In this document: positions 63,651 through 64,000 of the stretch, in pieces
Numbering within the stretch: the stretch's first letter is position 1
Layout of the letters: every line of letters starts with the position of its first letter
Assembly (NCBI GenBank): GCA_030704615.1
Contig: CM060731.1
Location: forward strand, 49,662,001-49,726,000
Source: Takakia lepidozioides
Taxonomy: Eukaryota > Plantae > Bryophyta
Reading direction: 5' to 3'
DNA: 64,000 nt
Notes under the pieces: generated by a model
Database searches by the model: none
Told to the model about the DNA's origin: nothing
The model's input: the letters and a program-made list of their open reading frames with translations, nothing else
Position numbers and translations under genes: made by a program

Positions 63651-64000
63651 ATGGACATGAAGTAGCCGGGGAGAGGGGCCCAGCGTCCCGGAAATATTTT
63701 GAGTTGAACCAGCCAGTGACCGCTCATTTTCAGCACCAACCGGCTAAGTGGGTTGGGGGGTCGGCTGCTGCCCCTTGGTGGTAACTTCAGGCGGTCAATT
63801 TCCTACATATTGTTTTACAACCGGTAATATATATATATATTTTGTGTGTTCGGCTATAAATCCGGCCATTGTACATATCAACCGGTTCATTTCCTGCAAA
63901 TGAAAAATAAATTCGGCTGCATACAAATTCAACAAATGAACAACAATAAATAATCACAACCAATTTTAAGCAATTCAAACAAGTGCAGAAAAGTATCCTT

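Overview
Eukaryotic, land-plant DNA. Spliceosomal introns, a PYL ABA receptor and a SURNod19 gene are present; a bryophyte or other early-diverging lineage is my impression, not proven. About 1-48 kb is a nested transposon stack. (1) An array of 11 18-bp-stem hairpins (~116-bp period) lies beside a GCM-like/MULE/SWIM DDE transposase. (2) An L1-type LINE remnant has an FCP1/NIF phosphatase-like ORF between its ORF1 and ORF2 start. (3) A decayed Copia hosts a 1.1-kb repeat insertion, a 13-kb hAT-type element with hairpin-array ends and a protein-kinase cargo (itself split by a young full-length chromovirus), an unusual RLE-type LINE (RT, chromodomain, adenine-MTase-like, RNase H, CCHC, RLE; Dualen/RandI-like) and a rearranged CACTA. 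(4) Further right are a mosaic of OSB/ARF/dienelactone-hydrolase exons, an IS3EU-like element, SINEs and a hAT MITE. From 49-64 kb the sequence is more genic: an F-box remnant, PYL and SURNod19. The best candidates for undescribed systems are the chromodomain/MTase-like RLE LINE with its structured 3' end, the hairpin array plus GCM-MULE transposase, and the kinase-carrying hAT. All calls come from motif reading by eye; no database searches were run.
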